Source: a bacterium (lineage in GTDB: Bacteria > Bacteroidota > Bacteroidia > Bacteroidales > WCHB1-69). Taken from it: a DNA stretch of 64,000 bases. Within the stretch, counting starts at the first letter, position 1. Every line of letters starts with the position of its first letter. The position numbers and the translations under genes were made by a program. Under the pieces are notes generated by a model. The model ran no database searches. It had not been told where the DNA came from and saw nothing but the letters and a program-made list of their open reading frames with translations. The stretch lies in assembly GCA_963643165.1 (NCBI GenBank), contig CAVIJD010000008.1, positions 4,397 through 68,396 of the forward strand. The letters are read 5' to 3'. Shown piece by piece: positions 10,522 through 21,200 of this stretch.

Positions 10522-12003
10522 CTATTTCAGCAGCCGGAAGAACTCCATCATCAAGTCCCAGCACATCTGGACGGTCTTGATTTCGAGTTTCTCGTCGGGT
10601 GAATGCACGCCGCGCATCGTGGGTCCAATGGACACCATGTCGAGTTCAGGGTACTTTTCGGCGATGAGTCCGCACTCCAAGCCAGCGTGGATAGCCAGCA
10701 CTTCGGGCTCTTTGTGGAACAGGTTGTGGTAAGCGTCCACCAGCACGCGGAGCACTTCAGAGTCGGGGTTCGGATTCCAGCCGGGATAGCCGTCGCCCGA
10801 CACCACATCGGCGCCCACCATCCAGAAAGCGGTGGACACGCGGTCGGCAATAGCCTGCTTCTTTGTTTCCACTGAGCTGCGCTGGCTGGTAGAGACTACA
10901 ATCTTGTCCCCTTTCTTCTTCACCGATGCCAGGTTCGTCGAAGTCTCCACAAAACCGGGAATGTCTTGCGACATGGCCTGCATGCCGTGAGGGCAAACCA
11001 GCAGGGCATTCAGCACATCAATCTGGAAAGTCTCCTCCAGCACCTTCTCGCACTTGTTGGCGGGGGTCATGGCAACGGCAACACCGCTGTCGGTTTTATG
11101 GAACTCGTTTTTGTAGGTGGCATCCATTTGGGACACATACTCGGCCAAAGCCTCGCGGTTGTGCGCGGGCACAGCCACCACAGCGTAGCCCTCGCGGGCG
11201 ATGGCGTTGTGCAGGTTGCCGGCCTGGATGTCGGCAATGCGGATGTCGTAGTCGCAATAGGCGTTCCACAGCACGCGGGTCAGCAGTTTCACGGCATTGC
11301 CGCGTCCCTTGTTGATGTCATCGCCGGAGTGCCCGCCTATCAGCCCGTTCACGGTGATGCGGCAGAACTCGTAGCCCTCGCCCTGCTCCTTGGCCAGGTC
11401 GTCAATGTCGTCGTATTCGCACGTCAGCGTGGCTATCGTGTCCTTGCCGCCGGCGCAGCCTATGAAGAACTGCCCCTCGTCTTCCGAGTCGAGGTTGACA
11501 AGCATCTTGCCTTTCAGGATGCCCGGCTCCAGCATCTTGGCGCCGGTAAGTCCCGTCTCCTCATCAACGGTAAAGAGGCACTCTAACGGACCGTGTTCCA
11601 GCGTCTTGTCCTCCATGATAGCCAATGCCATAGCAATGCCGATGCCGTCGTCGGCCCCGAGCGTGGTGCCCTTGGCCTTCAGCCATTCGCCGTCAACGTA
11701 AGTCTGGATGGCATCCTTTTCAAAGTCGAAGTTAACATCGTTGTTCTTCTCGCACACCATATCCATGTGGGCTTGCAAGATGACGGGCGTGACATTCTCC
11801 TTGCCGGGGGTTGCGGGCTTAGACATATACACGTTGCCGATCTTGTCGCGTTTCGTCTCAAGCCCCATAGCGAGGCCTGTTTTCTCGAGCCATTCCGACA
11901 TTCTGCCCTCTTTCTTGGACGGGCGTGGGATTTTCGTGATTTCGTTGAAAAACCGGAAAACGCTTTCCGGCTTCAGAGACAACATTTCATCGTTCATATT
12001 CAT
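10522..12003 (-). CDS. pepD: Aminoacyl-histidine dipeptidase (beta-Ala-His dipeptidase)
   Basis: M20 peptidase motifs VILQAHMDMVCEKN, KGTTLGADDGIGIAMALAIMED, FTVDEETGLTGA, MGPTMRGVHSPDEKLEI. Confidence 0.9.
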   Translation of the reverse strand: MNMNDEMLSLKPESVFRFFNEITKIPRPSKKEGRMSEWLEKTGLAMGLETKRDKIGNVYMSKPATPGKENVTPVILQAHMDMVCEKNNDVNFDFEKDAIQTYVDGEWLKAKGTTLGADDGIGIAMALAIMEDKTLEHGPLECLFTVDEETGLTGAKMLEPGILKGKMLVNLDSEDEGQFFIGCAGGKDTIATLTCEYDDIDDLAKEQGEGYEFCRITVNGLIGGHSGDDINKGRGNAVKLLTRVLWNAYCDYDIRIADIQAGNLHNAIAREGYAVVAVPAHNREALAEYVSQMDATYKNEFHKTDSGVAVAMTPANKCEKVLEETFQIDVLNALLVCPHGMQAMSQDIPGFVETSTNLASVKKKGDKIVVSTSQRSSVETKKQAIADRVSTAFWMVGADVVSGDGYPGWNPNPDSEVLRVLVDAYHNLFHKEPEVLAIHAGLECGLIAEKYPELDMVSIGPTMRGVHSPDEKLEIKTVQMCWDLMMEFFRLLK

Positions 12004-12091
12004 TTGTGTTTTAAGTTATTGTCAGCGTTAAAAAAAGCGGGGCAAACTTACACAAAAAAATTGATTTCTCACTTCATTATTTTTCGTAGGT

Positions 12092-14038
12092 TTGCATCTC
12101 TTAAAAAAAAGGCTGACTATGACTGTTTTAAAACACCCTCTGCTACTGCTCACCCTGCTGTGCCTCCCATGTCTTCGGCTTTTTGCCCAGTCCGCATACG
12201 ACGGCTACGACAAAGTAACCCTCTACGACAGCGTCTTTGTACACGTAGAGGAGAGCGGCATGAGCCTCGTGACGGAGCACTGCCAATACCGGGTCCTGAC
12301 TCTGTCAGGGGCGCGCGACTACAGCACCGTGAAGGCCGACTATGACCCGCTGACGGCTTTTGCCGAGATACGGCAGGCCATCGTGCGCCGCCACAACGGC
12401 ACAGTTGACACCATCGACAATGCCGAGTTCGACTATCCCGCGCCGGCACGGATGATCTACTGGGGCGCACGCCAGAAGATGGTAGCCTTGGGGCGGCTCG
12501 AGCCGGGCGACACGGTAGAGTTCACCACCTTCCGCAAAGGCTTCACCTATGCCCTGCTGCACCACGGCGGCGAGGACGACAAATACGTCCCCCCGATGCG
12601 CGGCCACTTTTACGACATCGTGCCCTTTTACAGCAACCAGCCCGTGATGCGGAAAGTGTACCAGATTGACATCCCCACCGCCAAAAACACACGTTATGCC
12701 GTCTATAACGGGCAGTTGGAATGCCGCCGCGAGGAGAAGGGGGCACGCACCCTGTTCACCTTCACCAAAGAGAACATCATGCCCCTGCAAAAGTCCCGTT
12801 ACACCTTAGCGGACAACGACATACAGACAAAGCTCATCCTCACCACCACCGCCACGTGGCAAGAGAAGTCCAAATGGTTTTACCGTGTAAACGAAGACTA
12901 CGGCAGTTTCACGCCCACCGAGGAGGCGAAAGCGAAGGTAAACGAACTGCTGCGCCGTGCCCGCAGCGAGAACGACAGCATTGCCATCCTCACGCACTGG
13001 GTGGCCGACAACATGCGCTACTCGGGCATCTCCATGGGCGAGGGCGAGGGCTACACGCTGCACCGTTGCGGCATGAACTTCACCGACCGCTGCGGGGTCT
13101 GCAAAGACAAGGCCGGGCTATTGATCGCCATGCTCCGTGCCGCGGGCTTTGAGGCATACGCGGCTATGACAATGGCGGGCGAGCGCATCGAGGATCTCCC
13201 CGCCGACCAGTTCAACCATTGCGTGGCCGTCGTGAAACGGCGCAACGGCAACTACCAGTTGCTTGACCCCACCTGGGTGCCGGGCGTGCGCGAGCTCTGG
13301 TCGAGCGCCGAACAGCAGCAATACTTTCTGATGGGCCTCCCCGACGGCGCCGGGCTCCGCTGCACGCCCGTGTCGAAAGCCGAGAACCACTACCTGAAGA
13401 TGACCGCGCGCACCAAGGTGACCCGTGACGGCAGACTCAAAGGCACCGTCACCGTGACCGCCGAGGGACAGTCGGACCGCACCGTGCGCCGCCTGTTCAG
13501 CGGCAGCCGCGCCGAATGGGAAGCGTCTGTCTGCAACCAATTCTACCGTCTTTACCCTAACGCCACGCTTCACGCCGTGCGCTACAGCGACGAAGACCGT
13601 TACTTGGAGCATCCTGTCAGCATCACCTACCGCTTCACCATCCCCGGCTACGCCACCGTCAGCAACAAAGAGCTCATCGTCACGCCGTTGCTCGCCAAAG
13701 GCTTCATGACCTTCACCATGCGGCATCTCTACTTCGACGAGAGCGAAGAGACGCGGCAGCACCCTTTCCAGGATGCCTGCTCACGCTACGTGCAACTGTC
13801 TGAAACCCTGTCGTTGCCCTACGGGTACACCTCCGCGAGCATTCCCGTTGACCGTTCCTTCCAGGAAACGGCCGCCGCCTTTGACGGCGGGTACGAACTT
13901 GAGAACTCCAAGTTAACCTTCAACGAGAGAATATGGCTCAAGAAGCGCGTATATGAGGCCGCCGACTGGCCGTCATACCGCAAAGCCGTCGCCAACCAGC
14001 GCTTCTTCATGACCACGCCCGTAGTGCTGAGCAAATGA
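12092..14038 (+). CDS. DUF3857/transglutaminase-like domain protein
   Basis: Signal peptide; Cys-His-Asp transglutaminase-like motifs: FTDRCGVCKDKAGLLIAMLRAAGFEAY and FNHCVAVVKRRNGNYQLLDPTW. Confidence 0.75.
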   Translation: MHLLKKRLTMTVLKHPLLLLTLLCLPCLRLFAQSAYDGYDKVTLYDSVFVHVEESGMSLVTEHCQYRVLTLSGARDYSTVKADYDPLTAFAEIRQAIVRRHNGTVDTIDNAEFDYPAPARMIYWGARQKMVALGRLEPGDTVEFTTFRKGFTYALLHHGGEDDKYVPPMRGHFYDIVPFYSNQPVMRKVYQIDIPTAKNTRYAVYNGQLECRREEKGARTLFTFTKENIMPLQKSRYTLADNDIQTKLILTTTATWQEKSKWFYRVNEDYGSFTPTEEAKAKVNELLRRARSENDSIAILTHWVADNMRYSGISMGEGEGYTLHRCGMNFTDRCGVCKDKAGLLIAMLRAAGFEAYAAMTMAGERIEDLPADQFNHCVAVVKRRNGNYQLLDPTWVPGVRELWSSAEQQQYFLMGLPDGAGLRCTPVSKAENHYLKMTARTKVTRDGRLKGTVTVTAEGQSDRTVRRLFSGSRAEWEASVCNQFYRLYPNATLHAVRYSDEDRYLEHPVSITYRFTIPGYATVSNKELIVTPLLAKGFMTFTMRHLYFDESEETRQHPFQDACSRYVQLSETLSLPYGYTSASIPVDRSFQETAAAFDGGYELENSKLTFNERIWLKKRVYEAADWPSYRKAVANQRFFMTTPVVLSK

Positions 14039-14250
14039 GGCGAGAAAAGACTTGGAATAATCACAGAAATGCACAATTATAATGCTTCCCATTTTTAGAC
14101 CTCCCCGTAAAGGAAACCGTTTACGAAAACCTACAAAGAATACCTTAAGTCTCAAGCTCAAAAATTATCCAAACTTTAATTATGTCAGTAATAGTTCCTC
14201 CGATAAAGTCTCAGGGAATAAAGACTAAACTTGTTCCTTGGATAAACAAT

Positions 14251-15921
14251 ATGAAAAAAATCGCGTTGTTCATCCTGCTGCTCGCGCTCTCGGCCCCCGC
14301 TTTTGCCAAAGAGAAACACGATGCCCGCTATCTTAAAGTTTCGCGGTCCTACAGCCTGAATGAAGACGGCAGCCTCGACTTCCGTTTCCGCAAAGAGCTG
14401 CAACTTTTTACCACCGCCTCGTTTGACACCTACGGCGAAACGTTCATCCTCTACAATCCCGAGTTTGAGACGCTCACCGTCAACGAGTCCTACACGCGGC
14501 TTCCCGACGGACGCACTGTGACGACACCCGCCAATGCCCTCAATGCCGTGCTGCCCTCCTCGTGTGCCGACTGTGCCCGTTTCAACGCCGTGCGCGAGAT
14601 GGTGGTCACACACACCGCCCTCGAGACCGGCGCCGTCATCGTGCTCGACTACACTATCCACACACCACACCCCTACTTCCAAGAGTTGGCACAGCGAGTC
14701 CCGATTTGCGAGGAGGTGCCCGTTGACACCCTGCTGCTCGCCGTGACCCTGCCCGACAACCGCACCCTGCACTATGACCTGCACTCGTCAAGGCTGCCGG
14801 CAACGCCTGCCGAAAGCGCCGGCAACGGAACCCGCACCCTCACCTGGACTTTCACCAACACGGCCGCCGCGTCGCACAACCGCTACCTGCCCGACAACTA
14901 CAACCCCTACGTCCTGCTCTCCACCTTTGACCGCCCCGGCGACTTCTTGACACGCCTCTCACTGCAGCAGGCCTTTATGCCCCCGGTGCAGAAACTGCTC
15001 CCGCAACTGCCGGACGAGACCCTCCGCAACGCCACCGACCCCCTCGACACCATAACGGCCCTGCACCATTTTGTGTACCGCTACATCCGCACCAACCACG
15101 TGCCCATGCACTGCATGAACTTCATCATAGCCTCGCCAGCCACCGTATTGAACACCGGCTGCGCCACCCCCTTTGAGAAGAACCTCTTGCTGCACACGCT
15201 GCTGAAAGAGGCCGGCTATGCCTCCGAAATCGGCATCCTGGCACAAACGTTGACCGGCGAGCCCGAGGGACTTCTGCAAGTCAACGCTGGCGGCGCGGCG
15301 CGCTACCTCTCCGCCAACGAGCCCTTTGAGTGCGCCGCCGCACAGGGCCAATGCGAGGGGCGTTTCATAACCCTAAGCGGCCGCGAAGAGGAGATGACCC
15401 GGAAGCCGCACCGCCTGGAACTGCTCGCCGACCTCCACATTGCCGCCGAAAAAGGACACTATAAAGTCGGGGGCGACCTCCGCAAGTCAGAGAGCGCCGG
15501 CATACCCGCCGCCACAGTCGCCGCCGTGCCCAACGGCAACTGTGCTGCCGTGTCGCACCTCAGCGGCAACTACTACGCCCTGACCCTCACCCACCCCGAC
15601 GGCAGCAACGACATGCAAGCGGCACTGCTCCCCCTCAAGGGCGAGACTCCCGTGCAAGTAAATCAGACCGACGAATGTTGCACCTACACCGTCGCCCTGC
15701 CCGCGGGCGAACAGTGGGTAAGTCCGCCGTTCTTGTACGAGAAAAGCTGCGACTTTGGCGCCACACGCATCAAAACGTCAACCGACAACGGAAAACTCAC
15801 CATAACAAGGCAGTTGACCTTGCAGGCGACCGTCCTCGAGAGCAAGAAAGAGTTACGGCAGTTGCGCGAAATGATGGGTGAATGGAACGCAAAACGCGAA
15901 TACATATTCAAACAGCAATGA
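14251..15921 (+). CDS. DUF3857/transglutaminase-like domain protein, paralogue of the preceding gene
   Basis: Start MKKIALFILLLALSAPAFA at 14251 has a signal peptide; DUF3857-like N-terminus; HHFVYRYIRTNH... and LLLHTLLKEAGYASEIGIL. Confidence 0.65.
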   Translation: MKKIALFILLLALSAPAFAKEKHDARYLKVSRSYSLNEDGSLDFRFRKELQLFTTASFDTYGETFILYNPEFETLTVNESYTRLPDGRTVTTPANALNAVLPSSCADCARFNAVREMVVTHTALETGAVIVLDYTIHTPHPYFQELAQRVPICEEVPVDTLLLAVTLPDNRTLHYDLHSSRLPATPAESAGNGTRTLTWTFTNTAAASHNRYLPDNYNPYVLLSTFDRPGDFLTRLSLQQAFMPPVQKLLPQLPDETLRNATDPLDTITALHHFVYRYIRTNHVPMHCMNFIIASPATVLNTGCATPFEKNLLLHTLLKEAGYASEIGILAQTLTGEPEGLLQVNAGGAARYLSANEPFECAAAQGQCEGRFITLSGREEEMTRKPHRLELLADLHIAAEKGHYKVGGDLRKSESAGIPAATVAAVPNGNCAAVSHLSGNYYALTLTHPDGSNDMQAALLPLKGETPVQVNQTDECCTYTVALPAGEQWVSPPFLYEKSCDFGATRIKTSTDNGKLTITRQLTLQATVLESKKELRQLREMMGEWNAKREYIFKQQ

Positions 15922-17915
15922 GCACACAAAGTTTCACCCCCGAACTGGTGCGCCAAGACGCGCTGCTCAAGCCCTACACGCGGCAGTTACAGCAGCGTCG
16001 TGAGCGCGCCGCCCTCCGCGAGTTGGAACTCACCGACGGCAAACGCACCCTCGCCGACATCGCCAACGGGCATCTCTACTACGGACTGCACCGCACCGCC
16101 CAAGGGTGGGTGTTTCGCGAAAAAGCACCCAACGCCAAGGCACTCTACCTCTACGGCGACTTCTCGCACTGGCAAGTGAAGCCCGAATTTGCCTTGTACC
16201 CTATCGGCAACGGCGACTGGGAGATCACGTTGCCCGACTTCTGCCTCAAGCACACCATGCTCTACAAGCTGTGGATGGTGTGGCAGTCGGGGGCCGACGA
16301 GCGGCTGCCCGCCTACGCCACCCGTGTGGTGCAAGACGAGCAGACCAAAGTGTTCTGCGCCCAAGTGTGGGAACCGGAGCCCTACCGTTGGCAATGGCAA
16401 TGGGATGCGCCTGCCAAGCCGCGTCACCCACTCATCTATGAGGCGCACGTGGGCATGTCGTCAGAAGAGGCCAAAATCTCGTCCTACTGGGAGTTCAAAG
16501 AGACCGTGTTGCCCCGCATCAGCGACCTTGGCTACAACACCTTGCAGCTGATGGCAGTGCAAGAGCATCCCTACTATGGCTCGTTTGGCTATCAAGTGGC
16601 CAACTTCTTCGCCCCCTCGTCGCGGTTCGGCACCCCCGAAGAGCTCAAGGAACTCATCGACACCGCCCACCGTTACGGCATCGCCGTCATCCTCGACCTC
16701 GTACACTCCCACTCCGTCAGCAACGCCAAAGAGGGGCTCGGACTGTTTGACGGACGCGACGACCTCTACTTCCACACCGGCGAGCGCGGCAAGCATCCCG
16801 TGTGGGACTCGCGCTGCTTTGACTACGGCAAACAGGAAACCTTGCTCTTCCTGCTCGCCAACCTCAAATACTGGCTGCAGGAGTTCCGCTTCGACGGTTT
16901 TCGCTTTGACGGCGTCACCAGCCTCTGCTACAAAGACCACGGCATCGGCACCGACTTTCTGGACTACAGCCAATACTTCGACCCCAACGTCGATGAAGAC
17001 GGCCTCGTCTATCTCACCATGGCCAACAGGCTCATCCGGCAGGTAAACCCGCAGGCACTCACCATCGCCGAAGACGTGAGTGGCATGCCCGGCATGGCTT
17101 GGCCGGCAGAGAAAGGAGGCATCGGCTTCGACTTCCGCATGTCGATGGGCATTGCCGACTTCTGGACCAAGACCGTCAAGAGCGTGCCGGACGAGGCGTG
17201 GAACCCCGGCGAGATCTATTTCCGGCTGACCGACAAACGCCACGAAGAAGAGACCATCTCCTACGCCGAGTGCCACGACCAGGCCATGGTAGGCGACCAG
17301 ACGCTCATCTTCAGAATGGCTGGGGCCAAAATCTACGACTGCATGTCGGCAAGCACGCCCGACCTCAGCACCGACCGGGCCATAGCCTTGCATAAGGTCA
17401 TCCGGCTGGCCACCCTCTCCCTGGCTTCGGGCGGCTACCTCAACTTCATGGGCAACGAGTTCGGGCACCCCGAGTGGATTGACTTCCCGCGGGAGGGCAA
17501 CGGCTGGTCGTGCCGCTATGCCCGCCGGCAATGGCACCTTGCCGACGACAAAGGGCTGAAATATGCCGGCCTCTACCGCTTTGACCACGACATGATACAC
17601 TGCGCCACAGAACTGCATCTGCTGGAAGAGCCTCCTGCCAAGTGGCACGAGCACATCAGCAACCAGGTGCTGGCGTTCGTGCGCGGCAGGTGCCTCATCG
17701 TCTTCAACTTCAATCCTGTGCAATCCTTTGCCGGCTATGAACTGCCCTGTTTGGAGGGCACATACCGCATCGCCTTGAACAGCGACGACACCCGCTATGG
17801 CGGCTTCGGCAACGTGGATGACCGCGTGGCATTCCGCTCCTACACGCGCGACGGGGGCAGCCACATACGGCTCTACCTGCCCTGCCGCACTGGACTGCTG
17901 CTGGTCAGAGATTAA
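15918..17915 (+). CDS. glgB: 1,4-alpha-glucan branching enzyme
   Basis: GH13 motifs LDLVHSH, GFRFDGVTSLCYKD, ISYAECHDQAMVGDQTLIFRM, GNEFGHPEWIDFPREGN. ATGA overlap with the upstream gene. Confidence 0.93.
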   Translation: MSTQSFTPELVRQDALLKPYTRQLQQRRERAALRELELTDGKRTLADIANGHLYYGLHRTAQGWVFREKAPNAKALYLYGDFSHWQVKPEFALYPIGNGDWEITLPDFCLKHTMLYKLWMVWQSGADERLPAYATRVVQDEQTKVFCAQVWEPEPYRWQWQWDAPAKPRHPLIYEAHVGMSSEEAKISSYWEFKETVLPRISDLGYNTLQLMAVQEHPYYGSFGYQVANFFAPSSRFGTPEELKELIDTAHRYGIAVILDLVHSHSVSNAKEGLGLFDGRDDLYFHTGERGKHPVWDSRCFDYGKQETLLFLLANLKYWLQEFRFDGFRFDGVTSLCYKDHGIGTDFLDYSQYFDPNVDEDGLVYLTMANRLIRQVNPQALTIAEDVSGMPGMAWPAEKGGIGFDFRMSMGIADFWTKTVKSVPDEAWNPGEIYFRLTDKRHEEETISYAECHDQAMVGDQTLIFRMAGAKIYDCMSASTPDLSTDRAIALHKVIRLATLSLASGGYLNFMGNEFGHPEWIDFPREGNGWSCRYARRQWHLADDKGLKYAGLYRFDHDMIHCATELHLLEEPPAKWHEHISNQVLAFVRGRCLIVFNFNPVQSFAGYELPCLEGTYRIALNSDDTRYGGFGNVDDRVAFRSYTRDGGSHIRLYLPCRTGLLLVRD

Positions 17916-18028
17916 AATCCGCCCCTGCGCACAAGCCTCCGGCTGACGTAAGACTTAATTAGGAATGTGTGAGGCGTGACGCTTTGCATTCTAAATTCTA
18001 CATTCTTTTTTGCGGGTCGGGTGTCTGA

Positions 18029-20947
18029 TTATCTTTTGCGGCGGAACAGGCGAATGAACTCCCCTATCCACAACACAAACGAGGTCAGCACTATGATTAT
18101 CAACCAGTCCAGCGTCTTCACACCGCCCTCGGCAATGTTAAACATCACCTGAAGACCGGGGATTTCTGTGATGGCAATCTGTCCGAAGAGGATGACCATA
18201 GCTATGACGATGAACAATTTGGTGTTCTTCCACGACATTCCTTTCGAAGCAAAATCATTAGTCATGAAAGCCTTGGCATTGAAGAGGTTCCAGAACTGCA
18301 GCATCACGAAGATGGTGAAGAAGAGGCCGAGTTCGTAGGGTGAGAGACCGTCGAAGGCACCCCACCTGACGTTGCCGCTGAGCACGTCAGCAAGGTTGGT
18401 GACATCGGCGTGCTGGAAGAAGAACAAGATGGTCAGCAGGATAGCGGTAAAGATGCCGCCCACGGCCAGAATATTGGCACCCATTCCTTTGAGAATGTGC
18501 TCGTTGACAGAGCGAGGCTGCTCGTCCATCACCTTCTTGGTAGGCGGCAGCGATGCGAGGGCGAGGGCTGCAAACGTGTCCATAATCAGGTTCACCCAAA
18601 GCATCTGCGTGACAGTAAGCGGCGACTCCGTGCCGACAAACGCACCGATAGCCACAATGAGGCTGGCCACCACGTTCACCGTCATCTGGAACAGGATAAA
18701 ACGCTTGATGTTCTTGTAGAGCGACCGTCCCCACATCACGGCGTTGGCTATGGTTGCGAAAGAGTTGTCGAGGATAGTCATGTCGCTGGCCTCCTTGGCC
18801 ACGGAGGTACCATCGCCCATAGAGAGTCCCACATTGGCGGCGTTGAGGGCGGGGGCGTCGTTTGTGCCGTCGCCGGTAACCGCCACCACCATGTCCATAT
18901 CCTTAAGCATACGAACGATACGTTCTTTGTCGTTGGGGCGGGCGCGGGAGATGATCTTCACCTTTGCGATACGTTCGCGCAGTTCGTCATCGTTCATGGC
19001 GCAGATGTCGGCACCGGTCATGATATTCTCTTCGGTGTCAGTGTCTTGCCAGAGGCCGAGTTGGCGGCCTATTTCCTTGGCCGTGCCCGGGGCATCGCCC
19101 GTGACGATCTTGACCTGGATGCCGGCCTTGGAGCAGTCTTCGATGGCGGCGGGCACATCGGCGCGAACCGGGTCTTCGATGCCCGCCACGCCCATCAGCG
19201 TCAGGTCGTTGATGTTGAGTTTGCCGTCGATGATGATATTGTCATTTTCGCCAACCTCCTTATAGGCAAACGCCAGTGTTCGGTTAGCGTGACTTTGGTA
19301 GTCGGCGAGGATAGTTTCATAGCGTTTTTTCTCCTCGGGGGTGATGGTACACATGCCCAACAGGATGTCGGGGGCGCCTTTAACGTACACCACCCTGCCG
19401 CCTGTGACTTGCGATTTGACCACCGTGGCCATGTATTTGAGTTCCGTAGTAAACTGGATGCGGTCGATGACGGGCACCTCCTCACGCACGTCGAGGTAGT
19501 TGATGCCGTTGCGGTTCAGCCAAAGGAGCAGAGCGCCCTCGGTAGGGTTGCCGATAGCCTTGATTTTGGAAGCGTCGGCAAAGTCGAGGTTAGCGGTCGT
19601 ATTCACGGCTATGCACTCCTTGAGCAGTGCGGAGGGGCGGTCGGTGCCGGAGAGGTCTTGGCCCTGGATGCCGTCAAAGTTGGCGTTCACCACCCTCATC
19701 TGGTTCTGTGTCAGCGTGCCTGTCTTATCGGAGCAGATCACGGAGACGGCGCCCATCGTTTCGCAGGCGTGCATCGTGCGAGGCAGCGTATTCTGCTTCA
19801 TCAGCCGTTTCATGCTGAAAGCGAGGCTGAGAGTCACGGCCATCGGCAGTCCTTCGGGCACAGAGACGACCACGAGGGTCACGGCGATCATGAACGAATT
19901 GAGGACATAGCTCACGAAATTGACCCATCCGTCGGGGGTGCCGAGTTGGATATTGCCATTGAGGGCATACACGAGGATGCGGCCCACGATAATCAGGACA
20001 GCCACGCCGTAGCTCACCTTAGTGATGATTTTGGCGAGTTGGTCGAGTTTCTCGCTCAGGGGGGTGGCCTCGCCGTCTCTGACCTGGGCGGCCACAAACA
20101 CCTGGCCGCAGGCGGTAGCGTCGCCCACCGCGAACACGCGAGCCACGCAGTCGCCCTCCATCACCGTACAGCCTTTCATAATATGGTTAGAGGGGTAAGT
20201 GGCGTCCTTGTCGAACTCGGCCGCTACGGTAGTCTTGGCGCACTGCGGTTCACCGGTAAGTGACGACTCGTTCATATTGAGGTTCATGCACTCCAGCAGT
20301 TCCGCGTCGGCGGGCACCTCCTCGCCGGCCTCGAGCATGATAATGTCGCCCACCACCACATCGCGGCGGGGTATTTGGCACACATTGCTATTGCGGATCA
20401 CCTTGACGAGCGTATCATCGTTCACCTCGTTAAGGCTTTTGAACGTCTTCTCGTTCTGGCTTTCGAGGATATGCGCCACGGCGGTAGCGAGCAGCACGGC
20501 GGCGGCGATACCGATAGGTTCGAGGTAGGGTTTCCAGCCTGCCACGCCCCCGAACACGCCCTCATAGAACGAGATGCCGCCGGAGAGGAGCAGGGCGAAG
20601 AGGAGAATCGTAAAGAGGGGATCCATCGAAAACTTGCGGTTCTCCTTGTCCCACGTGCCACCGAGGTAGGCCACAACGTAGGTGAGGAGTGTAAGGACGA
20701 AAGTGAGAACGGGGGCAATCCAGAGACCCTCATGGGTGGAGATGCCGGTGAGCGGCAGCGCAACAGCGGCGGCGGCCGCCAGCACGAACACGCAGATATA
20801 GACCTTGATGAGCCAGAAATGCAGGCAGTTGCGAATTTTCTCCCACACGGGAACCTCCGCAGGCGGAGTCAGCACATTGGCACCATGTTTGAGGCGACTT
20901 TCCGACACTTCGACGTCAGACAAGCCCGAGTAATGATTTTTAGACAT
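18029..20947 (-). CDS. Calcium-translocating P-type ATPase (PMCA-like)
   Basis: VVSVPEGLPMAVTLSLAFSM, ICSDKTGTLTQNQM (phosphorylation site), VTGDAPGTAKEIGRQLG, VAVTGDGTNDAPAL. Confidence 0.92.
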   Translation of the reverse strand: MSKNHYSGLSDVEVSESRLKHGANVLTPPAEVPVWEKIRNCLHFWLIKVYICVFVLAAAAAVALPLTGISTHEGLWIAPVLTFVLTLLTYVVAYLGGTWDKENRKFSMDPLFTILLFALLLSGGISFYEGVFGGVAGWKPYLEPIGIAAAVLLATAVAHILESQNEKTFKSLNEVNDDTLVKVIRNSNVCQIPRRDVVVGDIIMLEAGEEVPADAELLECMNLNMNESSLTGEPQCAKTTVAAEFDKDATYPSNHIMKGCTVMEGDCVARVFAVGDATACGQVFVAAQVRDGEATPLSEKLDQLAKIITKVSYGVAVLIIVGRILVYALNGNIQLGTPDGWVNFVSYVLNSFMIAVTLVVVSVPEGLPMAVTLSLAFSMKRLMKQNTLPRTMHACETMGAVSVICSDKTGTLTQNQMRVVNANFDGIQGQDLSGTDRPSALLKECIAVNTTANLDFADASKIKAIGNPTEGALLLWLNRNGINYLDVREEVPVIDRIQFTTELKYMATVVKSQVTGGRVVYVKGAPDILLGMCTITPEEKKRYETILADYQSHANRTLAFAYKEVGENDNIIIDGKLNINDLTLMGVAGIEDPVRADVPAAIEDCSKAGIQVKIVTGDAPGTAKEIGRQLGLWQDTDTEENIMTGADICAMNDDELRERIAKVKIISRARPNDKERIVRMLKDMDMVVAVTGDGTNDAPALNAANVGLSMGDGTSVAKEASDMTILDNSFATIANAVMWGRSLYKNIKRFILFQMTVNVVASLIVAIGAFVGTESPLTVTQMLWVNLIMDTFAALALASLPPTKKVMDEQPRSVNEHILKGMGANILAVGGIFTAILLTILFFFQHADVTNLADVLSGNVRWGAFDGLSPYELGLFFTIFVMLQFWNLFNAKAFMTNDFASKGMSWKNTKLFIVIAMVILFGQIAITEIPGLQVMFNIAEGGVKTLDWLIIIVLTSFVLWIGEFIRLFRRKR

Positions 20948-21059
20948 TTGGAAAACTGTTTTATTTTATAGTTATTAATAATCACGCACATCGTCCGGCC
21001 ACACTTCTCCCCCAAAAGGCGGCAAAGATAAAAATTTTTCCCACCCACGGCTTCTGCAC

Positions 21060-21200
21060 GAATGCAGAATGCGGAATGTAGAATGTAGGGCGTTCCGCGC
21101 AATTCACTCCAAAAGTCGTAAATATGCAGGGGATTGTGCATGGGGCAAATTCCCCAATCGTCGATGTTGGCCCTCTTCGAGGACCGAGGGTGGAGGGGGC
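21060..21200 (-). repeat. Dispersed intergenic repeat, copy A
   Basis: gaatgcagaatgcggaatgtagaatgtagggcgttccgcg plus 21-mer GATGTTGGCCCTCTTCGAGGA (21163-21183), an exact reverse complement of copies at 42626 and 46149. Confidence 0.75.

Noticed and set aside
9296-10564. Active Septu or retron defence system
   Set aside because: Walker A region missing, in-frame stop, homopolymer frameshift and short HNH; no reverse transcriptase nearby. Treated as a relic.
16461-17864. 467-aa minus-strand ORF
   Set aside because: Antisense shadow of glgB.
18410-20263. 617-aa plus-strand ORF opposite the Ca-ATPase
   Set aside because: Antisense to a clearly coding P-type ATPase; composition typical of a high-GC shadow ORF.
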